A DNA stretch of 63,779 nucleotides, counting the filler, from Octopus bimaculoides (Eukaryota): assembly GCF_001194135.2 (NCBI RefSeq). It is 7 parts of 7 records of this genome, joined end to end, with 100 filler letters (N's around TTAATTAATTAA, not from the genome) between each part and the next. Parts side by side here need not be neighbours in the genome. Positions count along the whole stretch, not along the records: positions 1 to 5,533 come from NW_026318480.1; positions 5,634 to 19,725 come from NC_068990.1; 5 more parts are not named here. One strand, given 5' to 3'. A program made the translations under genes and the position numbers. A model generated the notes under the pieces. That model searched no databases and was not told where the DNA came from. It saw only the letters and a program-made list of their open reading frames with translations. Positions 1-14,030 of this stretch are shown in pieces; the first letter of the stretch is position 1, and each line of letters starts with the position of its first letter.

Positions 1-275
1 GAAATTAACGTGCAAGTGGCTGAGCACTCCACAGACACGTGTACCCTTAACGTAGTTCTCGGGGAGATTCAGCGTGACACAGTGTGACAAGGCTGACCCC
101 TTTGAATTACAGGTACAACAGAAACAGGAGGAAAAAGTGAGAGAAAGTTGTGGTGAAAGAGTACAGCAGGGTTCGCCACCATCCCCTGCTGGAGCCTTGT
201 GGAGCTTTAGGTATTTTCGCTCATTAAACACTCACAACGCCTGGTCTAGCAATCGAAACCGCGAATCCGCTGCCC
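1..275 (-). mobile_element. tRNA-derived SINE family B (truncated by window start)
   Basis: Nearly identical to 49205-49500, including the cagaaacagga...ccctgctgtact body variant; tRNA-like head (ggtttcgatt B-box) reads on the - strand. Confidence 0.8.
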
Positions 276-477
276 TATGCACTGGGCCATTGTGCCTCCC
301 CTGTGTGTATGTACTGAAGTGTTTGTTTAGACTTATTCAAATTACCGTTTCTAATTGAATCTAATCTACATTGTATGAGAAGATTTCATTCACGCATTCC
401 TTCTTACTGGAAATCGGAAAGAATTGTGAATTATGAATGATGTGAATTAGGCTGGTGGTGTGACAGAAGCAAACCAA

Positions 478-937
478 CGGTAGTAATAGCAGTATTGGTG
501 GTGGTGGTAGTGGTGGTAGTGGTTGTGATGGTGGTGGTCCTAGTGGTAGTAATAATGATAGTAGTAATAGTAGTAGTGGTGGTTGTGGTGGTGGTGGTTG
601 TAGTGGTGGTGGTGGTTGTCGTAGTAGGGGTAGTGTTAATACTGATATTGTAAAAATAGTTGTGGTAATAGTAGTAGTAATGGTATTGATGGTAGGAGTA
701 GTATTAGTAGTGGTAGTGGTGGTGGTGGTGGTGGTGGTGGTAGTGATAGCAGTAATATTAGCGACAGTAGAGGTAATGGTAACAATAGTGGAGGTGGCAG
801 TGGTGGTGGTAGTGGCAGTGGTGGTGGTAGTGGCAGTGGTGGTGGTAGTGGCAGTGGTGGTGGTAGNNNNNNNNNNNNNNNNTTCTTCTTCTTCTTCTTC
901 TTCTTCTTCTTCTTCTTCTTCTTCTTCTTCTTCTTCT

Positions 938-972
<35 letters not shown>

Positions 973-974
973 TT

Positions 975-1041
<67 letters not shown>
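478..1041. repeat. Compound trinucleotide microsatellite (GTG/GTA)n, N gap, (TTC)n(TAC)n
   Basis: Visible directly; explains the poly-V/E/T/S ORFs at 361-1081. Confidence 0.95.
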
Positions 1042-1042
<1 letters not shown>

Positions 1043-2287
1043 GCCGCTGCTCCTTCTTTCATAATCCCATTCACATCTTAGAAGCTTTTATAATAGTGAC
1101 ACGTAACATGATCCATGCTGGGTCACAATCAGTTTTATGTCCTGCTTACTACGATACATAACTCAATTAAAGCGAATTCATATTTATTGGTCCATAAAAG
1201 TTTTCATAATGAATTTTTGTGGACCACCTTCTGAAAAACGGATGCGCATCACTGCGTCTGTACTTTAATATAGAAAGCTGCTCATTAATTAATTGGATTC
1301 ATGTAACTTTTGCTAAAATAATGCAGTTATTAAAGTCGTGACTGTCTAGAAAATTCTTATGCTTTCCAATTTTAATTATCGCTGGAGATGGGAACGATGA
1401 TTTCCCCTCGCAAATACTAATCGGATACAGTGTATCGTTAGCCAGTTGTATAAATATACGTAGGCATGTATGTAGATGTATGCCTCTCTCTTTCACTCTT
1501 TGTATATATATATATCTATGTATATATATATATATATATATATATNNNNNNNNNNNNNNNNNNNNNNNNNNNNNNNNNNNNNNNNNNNNNNNNNNNNNNN
1601 NNNNNNNNNNNNNNNNNNNNNNNNNNNNNNNNNNNNNNNNNNNNNNNNNNNNNNNNNNNNNNNNNNNNNNNNNNNNNNNNNNNNNNNNNNNNNNNNNNNN
1701 NNNNNNNNNNNNNNNNNNNNNNNNNNNNNNNNNNNNNNNNNNNNNNNNNNNNNNNNNNNNNNNNNNNNNNNNNNNNNNNNNNNNNNNNNNNNNNNNNNNN
1801 NNNNNNNNNNNNNNNNNNNNNNNNNNNNNNNNNNNNNNNNNNNNNNNNNNNNNNNNNNNNNNNNNNNNNNNNNNNNNNNNNNNNNNNNNNNNNNNNNNNN
1901 NNNNNNNNNNNNNNNNNNNNNNNNNNNNNNNNNNNNNNNNNNNNNNNNNNNNNNNNNNNNNNNNNNNNNNNNNNNNNNNNNNNNNNNNNNNNNNNNNNNN
2001 NNNNNNNNNNNNNNNNNNNNNNNNNNNNNNNNNNNNNNNNNNNNNNNNNNNNNNNNNNNNNNNNNNNNNNNNNNNNNNNNNNNNNNNNNNNNNNNNNNNN
2101 NNNNNNNNNNNNNNNNNNNNNNNNNNNNNNNNNNNNNNNNNNNNNNNNNNNNNNNNNNNNNNNNNNNNNNNNNNNNNNNNNNNNNNNNNNNNNNNNNNNN
2201 NNNNNNNNNNNNNNNNNNNNNNNNNNNNNNNNNNNNNNNNNNNNNNNNNNNNNNNNNNNNNNNCCCTTTTTATGTATATTTTTTTTA

Positions 2288-2329
<42 letters not shown>

Positions 2330-2344
2330 CATACATCTATATAT

Positions 2345-2510
2345 ACGACGGACTTCTTTCAGATTCTGTCCACCAAATCCAATCAAAAGGCTTTGATCGA
2401 CCCGAGGCTCTAGTAGAGGACACATGCCCAAGGTGCCTCGCAATGAGACTGAACTCGGAACCATGTGGTTGGAAAGCAAGCCTCTTACCAGACACCCGCC
2501 TTTGCGCTCC
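2345..2510 (-). mobile_element. tRNA-derived SINE family A, 5' half
   Basis: Reverse complement of the ttccgagttcagtc...gggtcgatcaaagcc...gaaagaagtccgtcg motif shared with 35165-35535 and 40065-40392; CpGs retained. Confidence 0.8.
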
Positions 2511-2812
2511 TATGTCGTAAAAATATGTTCTCCTGGAGACGTTAACATATTACAGATAAAAAGATTTAAAAAAAAAAACGCCAATGTAAAAACTAATAAG
2601 GAATCTACAGAGATTCTTCTAAGAGTGAAGTCTTTGACTTATTCCTGGGGTTATTAAGGCTCTCGGTGATAAAATAAACTATCTCAGCACCAGTCTTGAG
2701 AAGCTGCGCTTCACAAGACCAGAAACGACACAGTTAATTAAGAAATTACAATTAGAAGCTATTAATGGCACTGTGAAAATATGTAGAACATTCCAGAAGC
2801 TTAGCCTACAAG
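2505..2812 (+). pseudogene. 3' end of an RLE-type (R4/Dong-like) non-LTR retrotransposon ORF, frameshifted
   Basis: Translates VVKICSPGDVNIL... then [54 protein letters not shown]; overlaps in sequence with the 19826-19934 fragment (PADVNIKLKI...FIPVI). Confidence 0.65.
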
Positions 2813-3028
2813 AACATATGCATACGTATAGGTCTACAGATCTACAGACGCAAGTATATGTACACACACACACACAAACACACATAGACACACATACGTA
2901 CACATACGTACACATTCATACACTAAATGACAAGTACGAATGCACACATAGGTCTGCACATATATATCTTTATGCATACATACATACATATATATACATG
3001 CACGCACACACGCACATATATACATATA

Positions 3029-3124
<96 letters not shown>

Positions 3125-3169
3125 CATACATGCATAGTACATGCATACATTCATACATACATATACACA

Positions 3170-3205
<36 letters not shown>

Positions 3206-3264
3206 TACATGAACGCACACACGCACATGTATGTACATATATGTATACATATTATATATATATG

Positions 3265-3321
<57 letters not shown>

Positions 3322-3704
3322 GCACATATACACACATACATTCATATATACATGCATGCATTCATATGTACATGGATGCATAAATACATACATACATACA
3401 CATGCATAAACATATACATATATACTTGCATAAATACATATATTTATACATACATACATAATATATATACATACATACATAGATACATACATACATACAT
3501 ACATACATACATACATGTATAGACACGTAAAAACATATACGATTACTCTGTTGCTGTTGCCTAAATTCCAACCAAATAACTTTGTTTCTGGGTTATAAAC
3601 CGTTTCTATCAGTACTGGTGAGAAATTTTAAAAATAAAAACAGAACATACGCAAGTACACACATAACAATATAAATAATATATATATATATATGTGCATA
3701 TATA

Positions 3705-4085
3705 TGGTGGTTGTCTACTCCTTACACAGAGTTTGACCACCTCCTGCACCTACACCTTAGCCCGTTCATGGCGTCTGATGTGGCTTTTTAAATCAGACAG
3801 TGTTTTGAAAAAAACATCCACACAGATTGCACCTCTGATTTGCACTGCCAATAGCTGCAGGTAAGTTCTGCTTATTATGGATCCTAACATGTCTTTTAAG
3901 ACCCCCCATTGGATTTGCAAGCCCTCTGGCACACACCACATTCAAACGTGTGCACAGATATATAACCAGAATAGCTGGTTGAAGTTTGTTTTCCATGGGT
4001 TCGCAGCTGAGATTTGAGGCCAGCCAAAGACAGACATGGTCTGTCACAGACTGTGCACACAAAAAGGTCCTTGTCATTCACCTTC
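3705..4085 (-). pseudogene. Three degenerate C2H2 zinc fingers ending in a stop, short UTR and (TA) tail; probable 3' end of a LINE
   Basis: CTVCDRPCLSLAGLKSQLRTH, CGVCQRACKSNGG/LKRHVRIH and CNLCGCFFQNT/LSDLKSHIRRH joined by two frameshifts; TAG at 3752-3750. Confidence 0.65.
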
Positions 4086-5533
4086 TCGATCTTTACATAT
4101 ATATCGGAACCAAACCCACAAGATTACAAAGCGAACTACATGACCATAGAACTAAACCAGCGCTAGGCCTACACCGGCTGCAGTTAACAGATCTTGGCTG
4201 TGCAATGAATAAATAAACAAGACGTCTTCCATTTCACAAGACCATAACTATATGCGCATGTCTAAACGTGTAAAAGCATGTGTATACATGTATGTTTACA
4301 TGTGTATATGTCGTTCCGTGTGCACGTATATGTTCTCCACTTGTATATGTATATACATATCATTGTACGTTATCATGAGTGTATGATGTGTATATTATAT
4401 ATGACAAGGGATAATTTTCTGAGATGTTTTAACATACTTTTCAAGTTGTACTAATGGCTATTAACTGTAACCGTATAAGGTATATATACGTGTGTGTGTG
4501 TGTGTGTGTGTGCATGTGTGTGTGTGTGTCTGTGTGTGTATTTGTGTATGTATATATATGTATGTATATATGAATATATATATGTACATATATATATGTA
4601 TATATGTGTATGTATGTACGCATGTATGTATATATGTATAAGTCCATATATATATATATGTGTGTGTGTTTATGTGTATGCATACACATACACACACACA
4701 CTTATATGGACATATACATATATACGTAGATGCGTACGTACATGCACATACAGATACATACGTACATACATATACATATATACATATACACATATACATG
4801 CATACATTCATAANNNNNNNNNNNNNNNNNNNNNNNNNNNNNNNNNNNNNNNNNNNNNNNNNNNNNNNNNNNNNNNNNNNNNNNNNNNNNNNNNNNNNNN
4901 NNNNNNNNNNNNNNNNNNNNNNNNNNNNNNNNNNNNNNNNNNNNNNNNNNNNNNNNNNNNNNNNNNNNNNNNNNNNNNNNNNNNNNNNNNNNNNNNNNNN
5001 NNNNNNNNNNNNNNNNNNNNNNNNNNNNNNNNNNNNNNNNNNNNNNNNNNNNNNNNNNNNNNNNNNNNNNNNNNNNNNNNNNNNNNNNNNNNNNNNNNNN
5101 NNNNNNNNNNNNNNNNNNNATAATAATAATGATGATAATAATAATGATAATAATAATAATAACAATAATAATAATAATATATATTTATGATGTATATATA
5201 CATATATATACATATATGTACATATATATATACATATATATGTATACATATATATACATACACACACATATATTTATATATATATATGAATATATAGTCG
5301 ACAGTAAGGCACCAATATCTGCCAAAAAAGGTGTCAATTTATATAATAAATATATATCATATTTACTCACATATAAAAAACACTTCCTCTCACACACCCC
5401 TATATATATATACGCTTATATATGCTAATATAAAAACATACAGACAGCGATTAACACACACACACATAAACATATTTACGAATATAATGTGTATGATGTA
5501 CACAAACACACACACACATATGTATACACACAC

Positions 5534-5633
5534 NNNNNNNNNNNNNNNNNNNNNNNNNNNNNNNNNNNNNNNNNNNNTTAATTAATTAANNNNNNNNNNN
5601 NNNNNNNNNNNNNNNNNNNNNNNNNNNNNNNNN
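5534..5633. other. Assembly gap with artificial six-frame-stop linker (also 19726-19825, 34896-34995, 38318-38417, 51033-51132, 61645-61744)
   Basis: 44 N + TTAATTAATTAA + 44 N = 100 bp, same layout at six places. Confidence 0.95.
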
Positions 5634-5634
5634 A

Positions 5635-5665
<31 letters not shown>

Positions 5666-5832
5666 TTTGCATGCATTTATAAAAATATATTCGTATATAT
5701 GTACACACACACACATATGTATATATAAGATTGTATATTATTACATTATATTAAATATAAATAATGTATTTTTTTGTTTCATTTCGTGTCTTTTCTGGAT
5801 TTTACATATACGTACATAATACATATATACAC

Positions 5833-5875
<43 letters not shown>

Positions 5876-6285
5876 TTCATATATGTACATATATGTGCGT
5901 GTGTGTGTGTGTGTGCGTGTGTGTGTGTGTGTGTGTATATATATATGTATATGTGTGTGTGTATGTATGTATTACCTTTACCCCCTGTTTCCCCATTCAT
6001 TCTCTGTCTCTTTCTATAATATCATTTCATGAATTGCTAAGTATACTTCTGTCCAGAACAATAGAAAATACACATGCTAACATATATAAAGCACAAACAC
6101 AGTCAAACACATAGGCAAAGAAAGACTGAAACACACATACACACACTACACACACACTCGCAACCACAGAGAACGCTCACTTCATTGTACATGATACACT
6201 GAAGCAAATCTTCTCTTTTAACTTCTCAGTAATACAAACACTAAAAATCATATTCGATTCCAACTACTTAAGCCTATGTATGCCC

Positions 6286-6324
<39 letters not shown>

Positions 6325-6492
6325 TATATGTATTCATTGGTATGCATATGTATATATATCTCAGTTGTGTGTATATGCATGTCTGTACATTAGGGATAGT
6401 GTTTGTCTGTAATTGTGTACTTGTACATAATACACATACGTACAGAAGACTTTCACAAGGATGTGAAAACTAGTTTGAAGAAATGGTAATAT

Positions 6493-6529
<37 letters not shown>

Positions 6530-6814
6530 CTGTCTGTGTGTGTGTGTCTGTGTGCGTGTGTGTTTGTGTATAATTATGTATGTATGTATGTATGTTTGTG
6601 GATACGTTGTCCTAGATAGTAGTAGATGGTGAAATATAGCTGTAACCTATATGAAAATTATATAGTTGAATTGGCACTAACATTGATATCTTTTGCTTTA
6701 AACTTTCATTAAAAACCTTCTCAACAGCATTTTCTACATAGAGCACAAATATATATTCTGCTCTATCCTTTTCAGTTGCTCATTCTACTTGTTGTCCTTT
6801 AAATGTCAATGCTG

Positions 6815-6852
<38 letters not shown>

Positions 6853-7296
6853 CTATCTGATTGCTGTTGTCAGTCGCATGGATAGCTGTGTGTAATATTG
6901 TAGTAGGTGTTGTGACTTTGATTTTCGTTTCTTATTTTTACCGATTTTGGTGTGTGATTACATATGTTCGTGCTTAAGTGAATGTGTGTCTATGTGCGTG
7001 CTGGGCCTGTTTGTGATATAGTGTATGTAAATGTGACTGTATGAGTGTATAAGTATGTATGTGTACTTTAAGTCTTTTCTCTCGAGAAGACAAAAATGAA
7101 CTCAATACAGATTGCGAAATCAAGTAGACGTTCTATTACTCCTTACATAAACTCACCACTCTTGCATAAGGGAAAACGTACTCATATATGCCTACTCCCA
7201 CGCACTTGCGCACACAAATGCATGTATGTATATACGTGTATATGATCATGGTTGCAAGTATACATATACGCATATAAAGACAAACACACACACATG

Positions 7297-7346
<50 letters not shown>

Positions 7347-7739
7347 GAAAAGATATGGGTTCGAGCACCGCGGGTAGCATTTAACGTTTTCCATCCAGGT
7401 GTTTTCAGGTCCATTTTTATATGCTATCATGTAACTGCGATAAAAGTCTGTAAAAGTCATTTGAGCTATTTTTAATGGTGTAGTGAGACAAAAAAGAATA
7501 TTGCCAAAGACCACTTTAAACACTTTTAGTGCTCATAGGTGGAAGCCTATGAGCCATTCTCGAAATCTATCGAGAATGCTTGCAAAAGACTCTCAAGAAG
7601 TAGATGGTGATGTGAAACAGAGCAGCTGATTAATTCTACCCGGAAAGAAAAAGAAACTGACTTTCATGGGGCACCATTGTTTCCTTCAATCAGAAAAATT
7701 CGACCGCTGTAAGACGATGGTAGAAGACACTTGTTGAAG

Positions 7740-8290
7740 GTTGCTTGAACTTCTGTAGCGTCTGACACCTTTACCGTGTTGTCATCTGAATATGCCGACA
7801 CAGGTTTCCCGCATCCCAGTTCGAAAGAGAGAACCATCTATAGGTCTAGATTCCGCAGCAATCGCTTGCACATATAGAAGAGATGAAAGAAGACATCCCT
7901 GTTGGATCGAAACGCCGGTTTACTTTAACCACCGAGTTAGCGACACAGTGGGTTACTACGATCCAACCACTGAAAGCAGTTCGGAAACCAACGTTTTTAA
8001 GACTGCTGCAAAGTAGCGACGGTCGACCCTATCGAAGGCCTTTGACTAATCCAAATTGTTAAGGTCCTCACCGATGCCGTATTTGTTATCCATCCTCCCT
8101 ATGACATAGCAAATGAGGTGGAGATTGTCGCAGTTGGATCTATTGTGGAACCTACGCCCTTGAGCGTTTCGGATCAAACCATCAACAAGTGCCATCTTCT
8201 TTGCTAACACTTGAGCAGCCAAAATTTTAACTCTGCATCTAGCAGGATTATAGGCCGAAAATTGTAATATCCACTGTATCGGCATGTTTT
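7740..8290 (-). pseudogene. Degenerate L1/Tx1-type reverse transcriptase fragment
   Basis: RT motifs NFRPIILLDAE/KILAAQVLAKK, NNLD*SKAFDRVD, SIQQGCLLSSLLY and SAYSDD read on - with stops and frameshifts. Confidence 0.8.
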
Positions 8291-8499
8291 CACAGCAATA
8301 CTGACACATGCAAAGAATTTGCGCAATTTACGTGAGTCAAATTATATCCTACTCAGGTATGTACAACAAAATCAATGTGTGAGTCGATTGACTCAACTCT
8401 CCCCGAAAATTGATGGGTTTCCCTTCACATTAAAGAAAAATATAACTAAATACTTTGTATTTTAGATGAACGGTGAGGACATTTGACGGAAACGAGTAA

Positions 8500-8600
8500 T
8501 TCCATAATAACAACTCAAGTGCTTGAGTGGTACTTGATTTTGTCGATCTCGCATGGATGAAGGAAAAGTTGACCTCGAATACATTTGACCTCGGAAGAAA
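8500..8600 (-). mobile_element. SINE family C (CORE-like) fragment
   Basis: gtacttgattttgtcgatctcgcatggatgaaggaaaagttgacctcg matches 37474-37612. Confidence 0.55.
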
Positions 8601-8667
8601 AAGCGGTGGATCAAACTTTAACTGTTCTGTCACCACATTATGTCACAATATGTAACGAATAATAATC

Positions 8668-8698
<31 letters not shown>

Positions 8699-8718
8699 CT
8701 TCTTCTTCTTCTTCTTCT

Positions 8719-8765
<47 letters not shown>

Positions 8766-8816
8766 TTCTTCTTCTTCTTCTTCTTCTTCTTTTTCTTCTT
8801 CTTCTTCTTCTTCTTC

Positions 8817-8872
<56 letters not shown>
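8668..8872. repeat. (TTC)n(ATC)n microsatellite
   Basis: Visible directly. Confidence 0.95.
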
Positions 8873-8873
<1 letters not shown>

Positions 8874-9589
8874 GGTCTCCGAGATTGACCATATACGAAG
8901 AATGTGATTTGTTACAGTTAAATACGTTTTCGTTACAGATCTGCAACGCCAGAGAACTGGTTAGGACTAAAACGCAAGAAATGTCAGCCAAATTCCATAA
9001 AGTAACATATATCACTATAGAATTAAGTGTGTACATAGAAGGTTTTATTTTTAGATATAAAGACGCCATTGCTCTGAATGGAACGTTGTTCATCATTTAC
9101 CATTAGTATTCCCGAAAGAGAATGAATTTGTTATAAATATCAAGAGGAATATCAAACCAAGACTTTAGGAAACTGATCTGGGTTCAGCCGCAGCAAGAAA
9201 AATCAACGATGTTTAGATTTAGAGCAAGTAGTGTATTGTGATATTGAATCAATCGTGAAGTTTTGGCACTGTAACTACGTCAATTCTGATGAGATATAGT
9301 ATACACTATTACATTCTAGTCGGACGTTCATACACATCGTTAAAGAGGTAAAAAATAGGAAAACAAAACATAATACAGGAAAGAGATATGAAAAGACACA
9401 AAAATAGGTAGAAATATAAAAAAAAATTTACAAAACTACGTAAGACGAATTAATTAATTCTACTTTATTGATTTTGGATAGAATGTATGTTTGTCTCTTC
9501 TTGCTGATATATATATATATGTATGTATATATATATGATATATACGTATATATATGTGTGTGCGTGAGTGCGTGTAACTGTGTGCGTGC

Positions 9590-9621
<32 letters not shown>

Positions 9622-9821
9622 GCATATATATATATATATATATGCACACACACACACACAGACATCAATACATACAAATACGCATATGTCATCTTTAATT
9701 TCAAAAGTTACCACCACACATATATTATAAGAATAATGCCAATAATAAAAATATCTATAACAAAAAAAAAGTGTTAGCAATACTTCATGTATGTGTGTGT
9801 ATATACACACACGCACACACA

Positions 9822-9892
<71 letters not shown>

Positions 9893-11679
9893 AGAGGGGA
9901 CATAAAGGTGTAATAGGTGTGTTGTAGACGTCTTTCAACAAATCATCATTGTAGCCAAAATATTTATCTTAATTTTTGCCAAGAATTGGTTACCGTCGTT
10001 TGCCAATAACTACTTCCATTCTTATATTTAATTGCCAAATTAGAAAAGTGAGATTCATCATATGTACGATACATATATTTATACATATATACATATATAT
10101 ATTTATATATATGAGTGTGTATATATATATATATATACATACATATATACATATGTTTATATTTATAGATACACACACTCACGCACATATATATGAATAT
10201 ATGTATATATGTATGGGTATATATATATATNNNNNNNNNNNNNNNNNNNNNNNNNNNNNNNNNNNNNNNNNNNNNNNNNNNNNNNNNNNNNNNNNNNNNN
10301 NNNNNNNNNNNNNNNNNNNNNNNNNNNNNNNNNNNNNNNNNNNNNNNNNNNNNNNNNNNNNNNNNNNNNNNNNNNNNNNNNNNNNNNNNNNNNNNNNNNN
10401 NNNNNNNNNNNNNNNNNNNNNNNNNNNNNNNNNNNNNNNNNNNNNNNNNNNNNNNNNNNNNNNNNNNNNNNNNNNNNNNNATACATATATACATATAGAT
10501 CCGTGTGTGTATGTTTCTATATATGTGTACAGAATATGTATATCATATATATGTTATGAATGTGTTAGTCTGTTTCTCCTTCTCTTTCTCCCCCCCCCTC
10601 TCTCGCTCTCTGCTATCTGTTTGAATATATATACACATATATATATGTGTGTGTGTGTGCGTGTTAGTGTGTGTCATATATATGCATATATCTTTTATGG
10701 ATGTTTGTGTCTGCGTGTAGCCAAAATGTTAATGATGGAACCATTACGCGTAACCTAATACTATGCTACGTTAATCATTAGGAGGAATTTTCTAGTTACA
10801 AACAAATAATCAACGATGAAATTATAAAATCTAAGGGTAAACGCTTTAAACTAAAACTGTACTTTCGGCTCCAATCAAAGTTGCTTTCACTTATATAGAA
10901 ATGCCGCAGCACATGCCAGCAGCGCTTTACTCTAAAGATCACTCTATGTTCGCATAGAGACGTAAATGATGGATTTAGGCAATCGACTGTTTCGCTGATA
11001 TAAACATAAGATATCTCTTCTGCTTTCTATTGACTAAGAGGCAATATATTATTTGAGAAACTATTAATATGCAGACTATTAACTTCAGTTTAGTGCATGT
11101 CACTGCTATAACATATTTTTTGAAAATTATATTTTATATAGCATATATTTTCCTCCCTTCCTTTCCTCGAGTTTTGAATATATCATGCAGCTACGCTCAA
11201 TATTTACCGCGTTCGCAGACGCCAGACAGTTTTTTTATCTCTTCTAATTTCTCTATAAAAAACATTTTCCTTTCAAAGACGTAGTCGTGATCGTTCACGA
11301 AAAAAGAAAAAAAAATCACAGCCCGTGCGTATCGGTGACTCCACAGAGTAAATCACTTTGCACTAATTTTGGCATAAACCGATCTGCATATATATTTGGT
11401 GGTTCTTTCAGATTGAAATAGGTACTTCCAGAATATTTCTTTTAACATCGCTTTTCTGCAGCGGTACTTATATAAATCTCGGATTAATTATATACTACGT
11501 TTTGTGGGGGCTGTATCAACATGTATAATCAAGTCTATACCTATATCTGCTATTTTACATTCAAGGTAGTTATCTTATATTATAACGTATACAAATACAA
11601 ACATATATGTGCATGTATATATATATATATTTAAGAATTTAAGGATTGGAGAAAACGCATGTTATAATTGTATACTGTA

Positions 11680-11763
11680 TTCCTACATATGTTTCAAAGG
11701 ATTACAACCTGTGTGATCCATAGGGATCTTTGATATTAAAATTGTAACCTTCTCATCAGGGAA
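11680..11763 (-). ncRNA. Type I hammerhead ribozyme motif, intact core (Penelope-type, dimeric stem III)
   Basis: - strand: TTCC CTGATGA GAAGG TTACAAT..GTTGTAA T CCTTT GAAA CATATG TA GGAA. Stem I TTCC/GGAA, long stem II, palindrome ACATATGT, GUA cleavage triplet (cut between 11684 and 11683). Confidence 0.75.
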
Positions 11764-12483
11764 AGCATGGGAATCATCTTAAACGTAAGACATTATGACC
11801 GATTATGAAAACAATAGATGGATAAGGTTATGACTTGATTCATTTGAAAAAAACCGTTAGAGAATTGGACGCTGCCGGATAGTGGGTTGGACAACACATN
11901 NNNNNNNNNNNNNNNNNNNNNNNNNNNNNNNNNNNNNNNNNNNNNNNNNNNNNNNNNNNNNNNNNNNNNNNNNNNNNNNNNNNNNNNNNNNNNNNNNNNN
12001 NNNNNNNNNNNNNNNNNNNNNNNNNNNNNNNNNNNNNNNNNNNNNNNNNNNNNNNNNNNNNNNNNNNNNNNNNNNNNNNNNNNNNNNNNNNNNNNNNNNN
12101 NNNNNNNNNNNNNNNNNNNNNNNNNNNNNNNNNNNNNNNNNNNNNNNNNNNNNNNNNNNNNNNNNNNNNNNNNNNNNNNNNNNNNNNNNNNNNNNNNNNN
12201 NNNNNNNNNNNNNNNNNNNNNNNNNNNNNNNNNNNNNNNNNNNNNNNNNNNNNNNNNNNNNNNNNNNNNNNNNNNNNNNNNNNNNNNNNNNNNNNNNNNN
12301 NNNNNNNNNNNNNNNNNNNNNNNNNNNNNNNNNNNNNNNNNNNNNNNNNNNNNNNNNNNNNNNNNNNNNNNNNNNNNNNNNNNNNNNNNNNNNNNNNNNN
12401 NNNNNNNNNNNNNNNNNNNNNNNNNNNNNNNNNNNNNNNTATATATATAAATACAAGTATATATATATATATGTGTGTGTATA

Positions 12484-12529
<46 letters not shown>

Positions 12530-12588
12530 AATATATGTAAAACACATAGAGGCACACACAAACGCACGCGCACGCACACACATATACA

Positions 12589-13640
12589 CAGGGTGTACAG
12601 AAATTACGTTCACAATTTCTTAAATAAAGAAGAAAATGATTAATGATGACAATTAAGGATAACTTGGCAGAGTTTATTCGAAAACTCGAGCAAACAGATA
12701 GTTTGATTCGAAACATCAGAACACTTCAACATTGTCTTCATTGGTTGCGCACAATACATCTAGATGTTGCTTCTAACCATGTGCCTTAGATCATACGCTC
12801 ATCAATGTTGGATATGGCTTAGCATATTTTCCCCTTGAAATAATCGAGGTCTTGAACTTTTGTACGATAGATTTTGTCTTTAATGAAACTGCAGAAGCAG
12901 CCTAGAGGAGTAATATCAGCTGACCATCGTGGCCAGAAAACTGAACCGCTTTTTCCAATCCATCGGTTTGGAAAAGATGTATAAAGATAGTATCGAGCGT
13001 TCAACCCCTTATGGGCGGTGCAGTTTCATGTTGGAAAATAAATGTCGGGTGTAAGTGATGCAGCTGCGCTACGATAAATTCTTGTAAAATATCGAATAAA
13101 CTGTTGGAAATAATCGATTCTTCTATGGACCAATTATTCACCCAAAGATGAGACCACACCGAACATTGACATTTGAGTTGTTTTTGTCCGGTTCTCTTGT
13201 TTCGTGTGAGTCTTCTGAAACCCAGATCTTGATGTGCTTATTTATCATTATTGAGACATGAAATGTTGCTTTATCGCCGAAACAAATTTTCCGATAGAAG
13301 CACTGATCTTCATCTGATGAAGGTAACATCTCCACCGTACTTCGAAATGTGTCATTTGGCTGACGTACTTTCAAAAGTTGTACTTTTCAAGCATAAAGTT
13401 TCAAGTTATTGTGCAAAACTTAATCAATTATTGACTGCACTGAACTTAACTGATTACTTGCAATACAACTGGACCTAGTCGAGCTACGACGAAATAATCT
13501 TTGAATTTGTACAATGTCTTCCACAGCCATACTAAGTGGCCCAGCCACTGCTTCCTGTTTCCATATACATTTTATGCTAGGAACGGATGCTGTTGGTAGT
13601 TACCTTCCATACTTTCGTAATTCTGTTAGACCTGAGTGTC
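12589..13640 (-). mobile_element. Tc1/mariner transposon remnant with one TIR
   Basis: Degenerate transposase motifs CFGDKATFHVSIMINKH..KIWVSED..NVNVRCGL and FWPRWSADITPLG..FIKDKIY; TIR-like CAGGGTGTACAGAAATTAC at 12589; opposite TIR not found. Confidence 0.8.
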
Positions 13641-13984
13641 TGTTATCGTCTCTATGAAACAGGATACACGTCCCGCTTTCTCTTGGGAGCTGTTAATCAC
13701 ATTAAAAGTCATGAAAAATAATACACAGCTTTAAAGACAAACGAAAGTGATATAAGTATTAAAACAAAGAACATAAATTAAAACTATAATAGTATTTCTC
13801 CGACATATAAAGAAGTTGATTGTAGTATCTCAACTTTAATAAATGCAATAAATTGTGGGGAAGTGTAAAGATCATTTACGAACACCGCTTACAATATTGC
13901 CAAATACGATGGTCCGGTGCGAAGCCGATGGTAACGTACTGATAACCAGTAATATACTGCTCCACAGTATACATACATAGATAC

Positions 13985-14030
<46 letters not shown>

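Noticed and set aside
74-358. 94-aa ORF with an apparent paralog at 49280-49498
   Set aside because: Both are antisense readings of the same SINE family B body.
361-6473. Long ORFs rich in Y/I/H/T/V/C or X (and the many similar ones across the window)
   Set aside because: Translations of (TA)n/(CA)n/(GTG)n microsatellites and N gaps; no coding signal.
13312-13350. CTGATGA..CGAAA hammerhead-like spacing
   Set aside because: Lies inside the mariner transposase remnant, and no stem I/III partner was found.
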